Shown here: positions 9,930 through 18,642 of the stretch, in pieces
Numbering within the stretch: position 1 is the first letter of the stretch
How the letters are laid out: each line of letters begins with the position of its first letter
Origin: Candidatus Krumholzibacteriia bacterium
GTDB taxonomy: Bacteria > Krumholzibacteriota > Krumholzibacteriia > LZORAL124-64-63
NCBI GenBank assembly: GCA_046484865.1
Contig: JAWOID010000098.1
Coordinates: 1-59,638 of the forward strand
Direction: 5' to 3'
DNA: 59,638 nucleotides
Position numbers and translations under genes: made by a program
The notes under the pieces: generated by a model
What the model was told of the DNA's origin: nothing
The model's input: only the letters and a program-made list of their open reading frames with translations
Databases searched by the model: none

Positions 9930-11378
9930 GTGGTCCGGCCACCCCGCCAGGAAGCGTCGCCGCCGACCTCGCCGCCACCCGGCGAGCCCGGCGTGGGCTG
10001 CGACTACCCGCCTCCGTTCGCGCCCCACGATGACGCCACCGCGTGGCTGTTCTCGCTGAACCGCTTCGGCATCCGTCCGGGACTCACCCGCATCGAGGGG
10101 CTGCTGTCGGATCTCGACCACCCCGAGCGCGCCGTGCGCAGCCTGGTGGTGGCCGGCACCAACGGCAAGGGCAGCACCACGCGGTTGCTGGCGGGGCTGT
10201 TGCAGGCCGCCGGCTACCGGGTGGCGACCTACACGAGCCCCCATCTGCTGCGGGTGTACGAGCGCATCCAGGTGGACGGCGTCCCGGTGGATCCGGCCGA
10301 TTTCGCCGCCCGGGTGCTCGCGGTGCGGCCGCTGGTGGAGCGACGGGGCGCGAGCTGGTTCGAGGCCCTGACCGCGCTGGCGGTGGCGATCGCCCGCGAC
10401 GCCGACGTCGACTTCCTCTGCTGCGAGACGGGACTGGGCGGCCGGCTCGACGCCACCAACGCCCTGCCGGCGGTCGCCACGCTGCTCACGTCGGTGGGAC
10501 TCGATCACCAGCAGATCCTCGGCACCACGCGCGAGGCGATCGCCGCGGAGAAGCTGGGACTGCTCAAGCGCGGCACGCCGTTCTTCTGCGCGGTGGATGC
10601 CGAGCTGCGGCCCCAGGCTTTCCGGGCGGCCGTGGCGGCCGGGGCGCCGGCCCACTTCCTCGACGAGCTGGCCGCCTGGGACGCGGCGCCAGGACCCTGG
10701 GAGCTCGTGATGAGGGAGCGGCGGCTGCGCGAGCTGCCGGACCCGGGGGCACCCGTGCTGCGCCGCAATGCCGCGCTGGCGCTGCTCACGCTCGCCGAGC
10801 TGGAGCGACGGGGCGAGCTGCGGCTGCCGGCCGACCCGGCCGCCGCGCTGCGCGGCGTCCTGCTGCCGGGACGCCACCAGCTGGTGCTCCGCGAGCCCGA
10901 CTGGATCTTCGACACCGCGCACAACGGCGAGGCGCTGGAGGCGGCCCTCGGGGCCTTCCTGAGCCGCCCCGCGCGCGGCAGGCGCCTGGTGCTGTTCGGT
11001 TCCATGCGCGACAAGGAATTGCCGGAGCGGGTCGGTGAGCTGCTGGGCCGCTGCGACGGGGTGTTGGCCGCTCCGGTCAGCCTGCCCCGTTCTCGCTCGG
11101 ACGAGGAACTGGCCCGTCTCTTCGCCGGCTGGGGCCTGGCCGCGGACGCCGCCGTGGCGCTCCGGGGCGTGCGGGCCGATGCCGGACGAGCTCTCGGCGA
11201 GCTGGCGGCCCATCTGCAGCCCGACGACACCGTGCTGGTGACCGGTTCCTGCTTCCTGGTCGGCGAGGTCCTGTACCGGCTCGGCTACGCCACGCTGGAG
11301 GAGACTCACCCGCCGCAGGCCGCCGCCCCGGTGCTCGCCCGTCTGGCGGCGGGCCGGCCGGCCGCCGGCGCCGCCTGA
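9930..11378 (+). CDS. folC: Folylpolyglutamate synthase/dihydrofolate synthase
   Basis: VAGTNGKGST, YTSPHL, ETGLGGRLDATN, DTAHN and GSCFLVG. Start approximate. Confidence 0.93.
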   Translation: MVRPPRQEASPPTSPPPGEPGVGCDYPPPFAPHDDATAWLFSLNRFGIRPGLTRIEGLLSDLDHPERAVRSLVVAGTNGKGSTTRLLAGLLQAAGYRVATYTSPHLLRVYERIQVDGVPVDPADFAARVLAVRPLVERRGASWFEALTALAVAIARDADVDFLCCETGLGGRLDATNALPAVATLLTSVGLDHQQILGTTREAIAAEKLGLLKRGTPFFCAVDAELRPQAFRAAVAAGAPAHFLDELAAWDAAPGPWELVMRERRLRELPDPGAPVLRRNAALALLTLAELERRGELRLPADPAAALRGVLLPGRHQLVLREPDWIFDTAHNGEALEAALGAFLSRPARGRRLVLFGSMRDKELPERVGELLGRCDGVLAAPVSLPRSRSDEELARLFAGWGLAADAAVALRGVRADAGRALGELAAHLQPDDTVLVTGSCFLVGEVLYRLGYATLEETHPPQAAAPVLARLAAGRPAAGAA

Positions 11379-11393
11379 GACAGGAGGATCGAG

Positions 11394-12350
11394 ATGGGCG
11401 ATCTCGTCATCGGAGCGGACGTGGGCGGGACCCGGGTGAAGTACGTGCTGGCGGACGCGTCCGGCAGCGTGATCGCCCGCGGCGACATCGGCACCGATCC
11501 GGGCGACCCCGGCGACACGCTCGAACGCCTGGTGCGTGCCGCCCGCGAGGCGGCGTCCGGACACGGGGGCCTGGTGACGGCCGCCGGGCTGGCGTGCGCC
11601 GGCATCGTGTCGCCGGAGGACGGCTGGCTCGGACGCTCGCCCAACCTGCCGGGATGGGAGAAGCGGGCGCTCGGCGACCTCGCCGCCGGAGTGATCGGCG
11701 CGCCGGTGGCGCTGGCGAACGACGTGAACGCCGCCCTGTACGGCGAGGCCCGTTTCGGCGCGGGCGTGGGTTGCCGCGATCTGGTGATGGTGGCGCTCGG
11801 CACGGGCGTGGGCGGTGGCTTGCTGCTGGACGGCAAGCTGCGCATCGGCGCCAACAACGGCGCGGGCGAGATCGGACACGTGGTCCTCGACCCGGAAGGA
11901 CCGCGCTGCTCCTGCGGCAACGAGGGTTGCCTGGAAGCGTACGCCGGCAGCGTGGGCATGCTGCGGCGCGCGACCGAACTGGCGGCCGGCACCGATGCCA
12001 CGCCGGCGTTCCAGCGGCTGATGACCGGGTCGGGAACGCAGCCCACGACGGCGGCGTTGCACGTCCTGGCCGAGGAGGGCGACCCCTGCGCCCGGAAGCT
12101 GTTCCGCGAGGTGGGACTGCGGCTTGGCCAGGCGGTGGCCAACGTGGCCAACCTGCTCGACCCCGAGCGGGTGATCATCGGCGGCGGCGTGGCGCAGGCG
12201 GGCGAACTGATCCTCGGGCCCTGCCGTGAGCAGGTCAGGCGGCTGGTCCTCTCGGAGCAGGCGAAGCAGCTTCCAGTGGTGCCGGCGCAGCTCGGTCCCC
12301 ACGCCGCGGCGCGCGGTGCGGCCGCTCTGGCCGCGGAGAGGGTGATCTGA
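11394..12350 (+). CDS. ROK-family sugar kinase (glucokinase-like)
   Basis: DVGGT, NDVNAA, GTGVGGG, GEIGH and the zinc motif CSCGNEGCLE. Confidence 0.9.
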   Translation: MGDLVIGADVGGTRVKYVLADASGSVIARGDIGTDPGDPGDTLERLVRAAREAASGHGGLVTAAGLACAGIVSPEDGWLGRSPNLPGWEKRALGDLAAGVIGAPVALANDVNAALYGEARFGAGVGCRDLVMVALGTGVGGGLLLDGKLRIGANNGAGEIGHVVLDPEGPRCSCGNEGCLEAYAGSVGMLRRATELAAGTDATPAFQRLMTGSGTQPTTAALHVLAEEGDPCARKLFREVGLRLGQAVANVANLLDPERVIIGGGVAQAGELILGPCREQVRRLVLSEQAKQLPVVPAQLGPHAAARGAAALAAERVI

Positions 12351-12353
12351 TCC

Positions 12354-15300
12354 TTGCACGGACGCGGCGGGAGCGGCAGACGAGCCGTTCTCGGGCTCCT
12401 CTACGCTGCAGCACTGCTGCTGACGGCACTGGCGCCCGCGGACCGGCCGGCAGCCCGGGCGCAGGCCCGGGCGCCGGGCGCCGCCATGACCGCCCCGGCC
12501 CGGGTCGATAGCCCCTCGGTGCGCGCGCGCCGTTCCGCGCGACCGGCCACCGTCGTCGAGGCGGACCGCTTCATCGACCGCGTGGTGGACGGCGAGCCGG
12601 TCTCCTTCCTGCTGGGCAATGTCTACATCGACCGCGACAGCCTCACCGCCCGCGCCGACACCGGCTATTACTACCGGGAGCGCGAGGTGTTCGAGTTGCT
12701 GGGCGACGTTCGCCTGCGTCAGCACGGGTCGGTGCTCACCGCGGCGCGCGGCGTTTACCGGCGCGACGCAGGCGAGGCCGATTTCTTCGGCGGCGTCCGG
12801 GTGGAGGAGGATGGCGCCATCGGTACGGCGCAACGCGCCGAATCACGCCAGAACGGCCGCATCATCCGTCTGATCGAGAACGCGCTGATGGTCACGCCGG
12901 AGTACTCGGTGTGGGGCGACACGATCCAGCGCGACCGCTTGCTGGGCCGCGGCGAGGCCTTCGGCGACGTCCGCATCGTCAACCCCCAGGACCGGACGGT
13001 GGTCACGGGCGAGCACGCCATCTTCGGACTCGAGGAGGCGGTGCTGACGGTGGACCGCCAGCCGGTGCTGGTGAGTCGCGAGCGCACCGGCGATCTGCTG
13101 GAGGCCGTGGCCGGACTCATGCACTTCTACCGCGACGAGGACCGCGCGGTCTTCGTCGACAGCGTGCGCATCGCCCAGGGACGCATGGAGGCCCACGGCG
13201 ACACGGCGGTGGCCTACGGGCAGAACCGGATGATCCTGCGAGGCGCGCCCTGGGTGCGCAGCGGCGAGGGCAGCCGCATGACGGCGGAGGAGATCGAGTT
13301 CCGCTACGACGGGGGTCAACTGCGGGAGATCCTGCTGCGCGGCGACGCCATGATGACCGATACCCAGCCCGACAGTCTCGCCCGGCTCTACGCGGGGCTA
13401 CCGCAGCTGGACGTCCTCGAGGGCGACACCATCACCGTGAGCATCGATCGGGGGCGCGTGCGGCGCAGCGTGGTCGTGGGAGGCGCCCGTAGCATCTACG
13501 TCCCCATGGACCTGGATGACGAGGTCGCGACCAACGATGTCTCTGGCGACACCATCGTGATCGATTTCCATCACGAGCGGGTGCGGCGGGTCCAGGTGCG
13601 CGGCAGCATGGAGGGCGTGTACAGGGTGGCGCGGCTGGCGGCACTCACCGGCGCCGCCACCGACACCGCCGCCACCGCCGCTGCTGACACCGCCGATACC
13701 GCCGCCACCGATCCCGCCGCCACCGCCGCTGCTGACACCGCCGCCACCGACACCGCTGCCGCCACCGGCATCGCCAGCGTTGCCGACACCGCCGGCTTGG
13801 TGATCGTGGCCGATGACAGCCTGGACGCCGTGCTCGCGGATCCACTGGCGACGGAGCCGTCCGACACCCTGCTCGTCGTCCCGGACGGCGGCCTGGCGGC
13901 GGCCGCACCGGAGACGCTGATCACCGTGGAGGGTGACACCCTCGTGACCGTGGTCGGCGACACGCTGCCGCCCGGCGCCGTGGCCGATTTCGCGGCGGTG
14001 GCCGACGTGATCGAGTACAGCGGCCGGTCGGTCACCTTCGATCTCGAGGCCCTCACGATCGAGATCGTCGGCGAGGCGCAACTCCACTACGTGCCGATGA
14101 CGCTCAAAGCCGAGCGGGTGAAGCTCGACACCGCGAGCCGCGAACTCTACGCCGAGGGGAACCCGCTGCTGGAGGAGACCGACTCCATCGTCGGCAACCG
14201 CATGGGGTACCACTTCGGCGCGCGCACGGGGGCCGTGGAGGACGGCGTGACGAGCTTCGGCAACGAATTCTTCGCGGGCGACGCCATCCGTCGCTTCCCC
14301 GACGGCACCCTCAAGATCCGCGGTGGCAAGATGACCGCCTGCGATCTGGCCGAGCCGCACTACCACATCTGGGCGGACCAGTTGAAGATGAAGATGGGCG
14401 ACGAGGTGGTGGCCAGACCGGTCGTGATGAAGGTGGGCAAGGTGCCGGTGTTCGCGCTGCCGTTCTACTTCAAGTCGCTGGAGAGCGGCCGGCGCTCGGG
14501 CATCCTCTTCCCCAACTTCGACTTCGGCTGGTCCGAGCGTCGCGGGCGCTACATCCGCGACCTCGGCTACTTCTGGGCCGTGAACGACTACATCAATCTC
14601 CAGACGGAGATCGACTTCAACGAACGCCAGGATCTCGGCTGGCAGGTCATCGGCAGCTACGTCAAGCGGTACGCCTTCACCGGCGGGGTGAACTACGCCC
14701 GCAAGGTCAGCCTCGACGAGGCGCGAGGTCTCCGGGAGTGGCAGCTGAAGTGGAACCATAACCAGCCCACGCTCTTCGACGACTACAGCTTCCGCTCCGA
14801 CGTGAGCATGGCGAGCGCCACCCTCTCGAGCAACGATCTGAGCCGCAATCTCGGACGCGACGTGGTGAACGGGCAACTCCGCTCGAACGTCTACGTCAGC
14901 CGCGGCTGGGATGCCGTCAACGCCACCCTCAGGGCGTCCCGCGACGAGTTCGTCAACGCGGCCGACGACGACCCGGCCACCAACCGGACGCTCTCGAACA
15001 TGACCTTGCCGGCCCTGTCGCTCAGCTTCCGGCAGATCACGCTGGCGCCGGCGCTGCCCAGCGGTCGCGAGGGCAGCGTCGTGGGCGATCTCCTGCGCAA
15101 CACCTACTTCTCGCAGTCGTACGCGACCAGCGCCCAGTGGGAAGAGCGGGAACAGGACAGCGTCAATCAGCAGACCGCCAACGGCAACTGGTCGCTGGAC
15201 TTCCGGCCGCGCCCGCTGGGGATCTTCAGCACCACCGCCGGCGTGTCCGGTTCGCAGGCGTGGACGCGTACCGAGGTGGAGAGCGAGCTTCCCGCCGCCG

Positions 15301-16451
15301 ACGACCCGGGCGCCACCGGGCCCACCGAGGGCGACCTGCCGCGCGTGCACGTCGTGCCCGCCCCGACGACCAGCGGGACCACCACCGAGGTCTCCGAGAC
15401 CACCAGGCCGAGCCTCTCCTTCAACACCAGCCTGAACGCCAAGGTGTACGGTCTCTTCCCGGTTCCGGTGGGCAACCTGCAGGCGATCCGGCACACCCTG
15501 AGCATGGGAGCCAACTACTCGCGCCGGCCGCAGCTCGGCACGAAGCAGAACGCCTCCCAGCAGCTCGGTCTCACGATGGGTCACCGCTTCGACGTGAAGT
15601 ACCTGGGACGCGCCGCCCGGGGCGACTCGCTGGTGACGCGCAAGCTCGACGGGCTGATCGACTGGCAGCTCAGCACCAGCTACAACCCCGACGCGGCCAG
15701 CGACCAGCGCTGGGGCATCATCGGCAGCAGCCTCGTGCTCAAGCCGGGCGCGAGCCGCAATCTCTCGCTGCGGGTGAGCAACTCCATCGACCCCTACCAG
15801 TGGAAGATCCTCGACACCCAGCTCACGTACGGGTTGAGCCTCGAGGGCCGGCTCGACACGGGCGCCGCCGTCACGGACGAGGAGGACCCCGAACTGAACG
15901 CCGGGCTGGAACGGCTCGGTATCCAGGAACTCGGCGCGCTGCAGGACAGCCTGTCGGCGGCGCTGGCCGACAGCCTGGCCGAGGAGCGTGCGCTGGAGGC
16001 CGAGTTCGCCGGCGACCTCGTGCCGGTCGACGATTTCTACGGCGGTCGGCGCGACCGGGACGGCGCCGCCGGTCGCGACGGCACCGACCCCACCGAGGAC
16101 GGCCGCTTCATCCCCTGGCGTCTGGGCGCCTCCATCTCGCTGCGCGACAACGCGGGGGTGGCGCCCACCACGTCGCGCGGCAATCTCAACATCTCGGCCA
16201 ACCCGACCCGCAAGTGGGAGGTGTCCTACGTGGCCTCCCTCGATTTCCAGGCCGATGACGTCATCACGCGACAGGAATGGAACCTCAGCCGCGACCTGCA
16301 CTGCTGGCGGCTCGAGTTCAGCCGCATCGTCAGCACCCGTGACGATCAGTTCGCCTTCCGCATCTACCTGCGATCACTGCCGGACGTGAAGCTGACCAGC
16401 GGCCAGGAGGACATCCTGGGTTCCATGCACGGTCTCGGCGGGGGGTATTGA
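12354..16451 (+). CDS. lptD: Large LPS-assembly protein with N-terminal OstA/LptA-like beta-jellyroll region, Ala/Thr/Asp linker and LptD-like barrel
   Basis: Signal peptide, OstA-like GNV/GDV repeats, LptD motifs TACDLAEPHYH, PVFALPF and RSGILFP, and C-terminal RDLHCW. Confidence 0.8.
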   Translation: MHGRGGSGRRAVLGLLYAAALLLTALAPADRPAARAQARAPGAAMTAPARVDSPSVRARRSARPATVVEADRFIDRVVDGEPVSFLLGNVYIDRDSLTARADTGYYYREREVFELLGDVRLRQHGSVLTAARGVYRRDAGEADFFGGVRVEEDGAIGTAQRAESRQNGRIIRLIENALMVTPEYSVWGDTIQRDRLLGRGEAFGDVRIVNPQDRTVVTGEHAIFGLEEAVLTVDRQPVLVSRERTGDLLEAVAGLMHFYRDEDRAVFVDSVRIAQGRMEAHGDTAVAYGQNRMILRGAPWVRSGEGSRMTAEEIEFRYDGGQLREILLRGDAMMTDTQPDSLARLYAGLPQLDVLEGDTITVSIDRGRVRRSVVVGGARSIYVPMDLDDEVATNDVSGDTIVIDFHHERVRRVQVRGSMEGVYRVARLAALTGAATDTAATAAADTADTAATDPAATAAADTAATDTAAATGIASVADTAGLVIVADDSLDAVLADPLATEPSDTLLVVPDGGLAAAAPETLITVEGDTLVTVVGDTLPPGAVADFAAVADVIEYSGRSVTFDLEALTIEIVGEAQLHYVPMTLKAERVKLDTASRELYAEGNPLLEETDSIVGNRMGYHFGARTGAVEDGVTSFGNEFFAGDAIRRFPDGTLKIRGGKMTACDLAEPHYHIWADQLKMKMGDEVVARPVVMKVGKVPVFALPFYFKSLESGRRSGILFPNFDFGWSERRGRYIRDLGYFWAVNDYINLQTEIDFNERQDLGWQVIGSYVKRYAFTGGVNYARKVSLDEARGLREWQLKWNHNQPTLFDDYSFRSDVSMASATLSSNDLSRNLGRDVVNGQLRSNVYVSRGWDAVNATLRASRDEFVNAADDDPATNRTLSNMTLPALSLSFRQITLAPALPSGREGSVVGDLLRNTYFSQSYATSAQWEEREQDSVNQQTANGNWSLDFRPRPLGIFSTTAGVSGSQAWTRTEVESELPAADDPGATGPTEGDLPRVHVVPAPTTSGTTTEVSETTRPSLSFNTSLNAKVYGLFPVPVGNLQAIRHTLSMGANYSRRPQLGTKQNASQQLGLTMGHRFDVKYLGRAARGDSLVTRKLDGLIDWQLSTSYNPDAASDQRWGIIGSSLVLKPGASRNLSLRVSNSIDPYQWKILDTQLTYGLSLEGRLDTGAAVTDEEDPELNAGLERLGIQELGALQDSLSAALADSLAEERALEAEFAGDLVPVDDFYGGRRDRDGAAGRDGTDPTEDGRFIPWRLGASISLRDNAGVAPTTSRGNLNISANPTRKWEVSYVASLDFQADDVITRQEWNLSRDLHCWRLEFSRIVSTRDDQFAFRIYLRSLPDVKLTSGQEDILGSMHGLGGGY
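13648..13795 (+). repeat. In-frame degenerate repeats encoding a TAA/DTA low-complexity linker in lptD
   Basis: Reiterated gccgccaccgacacc/gctgacacc units that translate to ATDTAATAAADTADTAATDPAATAAADTAATDTAAAT. Confidence 0.8.
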
Positions 16452-16547
16452 CGAGAATACCCGCGCCGGGAGCGGCAAAACTGCGGAATTGTCGTTGACA
16501 GCACCGCCGGCAACCGCTCTAAATCACTCCCGAAAGGGGGTGAAACC

Positions 16548-16841
16548 ATGAACAAGACGGAACTGACGGAACAGCTCGCCAAGAAGACCGGCATTTCGCT
16601 CAAGGAAGCGCGTCAGGCGATCAACGCCCTCTTCTCCACCGCGCCGCGCGAGGGGATCATCGCCAACGAGGTGTCCAAGGGGGAGAAGGTGCAGATCACG
16701 GGTTTCGGCACCTTCGACATCCGCAAGCGGAACAAGCGGCAGGGTCGCAACCCGCAGACCGGGGAGGCCATCACCATTCCCGGCGGCAAGTACCCGGTCT
16801 TCACGGCCGGCAAGGCGCTGAAGGATCGCGTGCGCAAGTAG
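16548..16841 (+). CDS. hup: HU family DNA-binding protein
   Basis: MNKTEL, GFGTF, RQGRNPQTGE and F-x-AGKALK. A TTGACA lies upstream at 16495-16500. Confidence 0.95.
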   Translation: MNKTELTEQLAKKTGISLKEARQAINALFSTAPREGIIANEVSKGEKVQITGFGTFDIRKRNKRQGRNPQTGEAITIPGGKYPVFTAGKALKDRVRK

Positions 16842-17059
16842 CGGACACACGGACGGAGGCGGGCCCGGACGATCCGGGTCGGCGACCGGTTCGCGACCGG
16901 CGGCGCTGCCGCGGCCCGCGACCGGCATGGCGGGCGGGCGGCTCCGGGCGGGGCCGCCCGCGTCGTCGAGGGCCGGGGTGGCGGACCGATCGCGCGCCGG
17001 CCGGCAGACGATCGCGCGCCGGTCGGCGGACGGCCGCGCGCGCCCCGGGGGCGGCGAGG

Positions 17060-17089
17060 TTGTGCGGCAGAGGCTTCCGAAGCTATAAT
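17060..17089 (+). promoter_or_regulatory. Putative sigma70 promoter for the selenoprotein gene
   Basis: TTGTGC (17060-65), 18-nt spacer, perfect TATAAT (17084-89) in an otherwise GC-rich intergenic region. Confidence 0.55.
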
Positions 17090-17259
17090 TCCCCCGGGAA
17101 CTCCTTGCCCGTGAAGCTGTTTGGACGTCAGCGCAGGCCCCGCGGCCGCAGCGACGGTCACCCCGTCGTTCGGCGACCGCTGCGGGCCGGGTCCCGTGTC
17201 TTGGCCGATCGTGGAGCAGTGGATCACCCGACCGGCGCTCCGAGGAAGGATCTCGCAAC

Positions 17260-18642
17260 ATGAAGCTCGCGATCTTCACGCGCGAACGCCTGGCCGTTCC
17301 GGCCCTGCTCCTCGCGCTCGTGGTGCTGGCCGGCAGCCCGACGGCCGCCTTCGCCCAGCCGGTGGCTCGCGAAGACGCGTGGGTCCCCGTGGTCCTGGTC
17401 TACCACAGCGACGTGAAGGGCAAAGTCGAGCCCTGTGGCTGAAAGGGCAAGCGCCTCGGCGGGTTGGCCCGGAGGGCCACCTATCTCGACGCGATCTGGT
17501 CCGAGGGCAAGCCCGCCATCCTGGTGGACGCCGGCGATCTGTTCGGCCGCCGCACCAGCGCGGAGCGGAGCCAGACCGAGTTGCTGGCGGAGGTCACCGG
17601 CACCTTCGGCTACGACGCCGTGGGAGTGGGGGAGCAGGACCTGAACTACGGCCTGCCTTTCCTTCAGCGCGCGATGGAGGAGTACGGCATCCCGTTCACC
17701 ACCGCGAACGTCCGCGACGCCGACGGCAACCTGGTGGCGCCGGAGTACCGGGTGGTGGAGCGGGGCGGCGTGCGCGTCGGAATCGTCAGCGTGGCCGATC
17801 CGGCGCAGAGGATCATCACGATGACGGCGCAGGACGCATCGTTCACCGTGGACGATCCCGCGACCGCCCTGAACCGGGTCTTGCCCCGTCTGCGCGAGGA
17901 GGCCGATACCATCGTCCTGCTGGCCCACCTGGGTGACGCCGGCACCGAGCAGATCATCCGCGAGGTGGACGGCATCGACCTCGCCGTGGTGGGGCACAGC
18001 TACCGGCCCATCAGGACCGAGCGCGTGATCAACCGCACGATCCTGGTGAACGCCGCGCACGAGGGGCAGCACGTGGGCCGGGTGGACCTGCTGCTCGAGC
18101 CGGTCTCCGGAAGCATCCAGGCGGCCCAGGTCACGGTGACGGGCCTCGACGACAGCATCGAGGACGACCCGGAGGTGCGGCAGCGGATGGAGCGGCACAA
18201 TCAGAAGATCGAGGAAGAGAAGCAGGCGCTCCGGGCCAGCTTCCCGCGTGATCTGGGCTCCGAAGACGAGAACTTCCTGGGCGACAACACGTGCAAGACG
18301 TGTCACGAGGAGATCTGGCGGGATTACGCCAGGACCGGCCACCGCGGTTCCTTCAACACGCTGGCCACGCGCGGGAGCGCCGACGATCCGCGGTGTCTGG
18401 TCTGCCACACCACCGGCTACCGGCATGTCAACGGCTACGACGACGGGCCCGGATCGGGTCACCTGACCGGCGTGCAGTGCGAGGCCTGCCACGGCTATGG
18501 TACCGAGCACGCTCGCGACGGCCGCTGGGGAGCACGGGCCCGGCAATCCTGTCTATCGTGCCACGAACTGAGCAACAGTCCTCACGCCAACGACGGATAC
18601 GAGTTCGATTATGACGCCTACTGGGCCAGGATCGCTCACTGA
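17260..18642 (+). CDS. Secreted selenoprotein: UshA/5'-nucleotidase-like metallophosphoesterase domain plus tetraheme cytochrome c (460 aa, Sec61 at TGA 17440-42)
   Basis: ORFs 17260..17442 and 17464..18642 are in the same frame. Readthrough gives SDVKGKVEPCG-U-KGKRLGGLARRATY, a continuous UshA-like N-terminus. There is a signal peptide, DAGD, four CxxCH motifs (CKTCH, CLVCH, CEACH, CLSCH) and a downstream SECIS-like hairpin. Confidence 0.85.
17461..17482 (+). promoter_or_regulatory. Putative bacterial SECIS element
   Basis: GGG-T(bulge)-TGGCCC-GGA-GGGCCA-CCT stem-loop. The G-starting apical loop begins 29 nt after the in-frame TGA. Confidence 0.65.

Noticed and set aside
9321..12833. Very long antisense or alternate-frame ORFs (for example 9321..12833, 13398..16301, 29198..32593, 45754..48675)
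   Set aside because: These are shadow ORFs expected at very high GC. They overlap well-supported genes and have no recognisable motifs.
16842..17059. GC-rich intergenic region after HU with short direct repeats (GATCGCGCGCCGG x2) and hairpins, considered as a tRNA or ncRNA
   Set aside because: No cloverleaf with a T-loop and CCA end, and no known ncRNA motif, was recognised; pairing is expected at this GC content.
17260..17442. Stand-alone 60-aa secreted peptide, or a pseudogene with a nonsense mutation
   Set aside because: The CG-TGA context, in-frame continuation, SECIS-like hairpin and intact downstream heme motifs favour selenocysteine readthrough.
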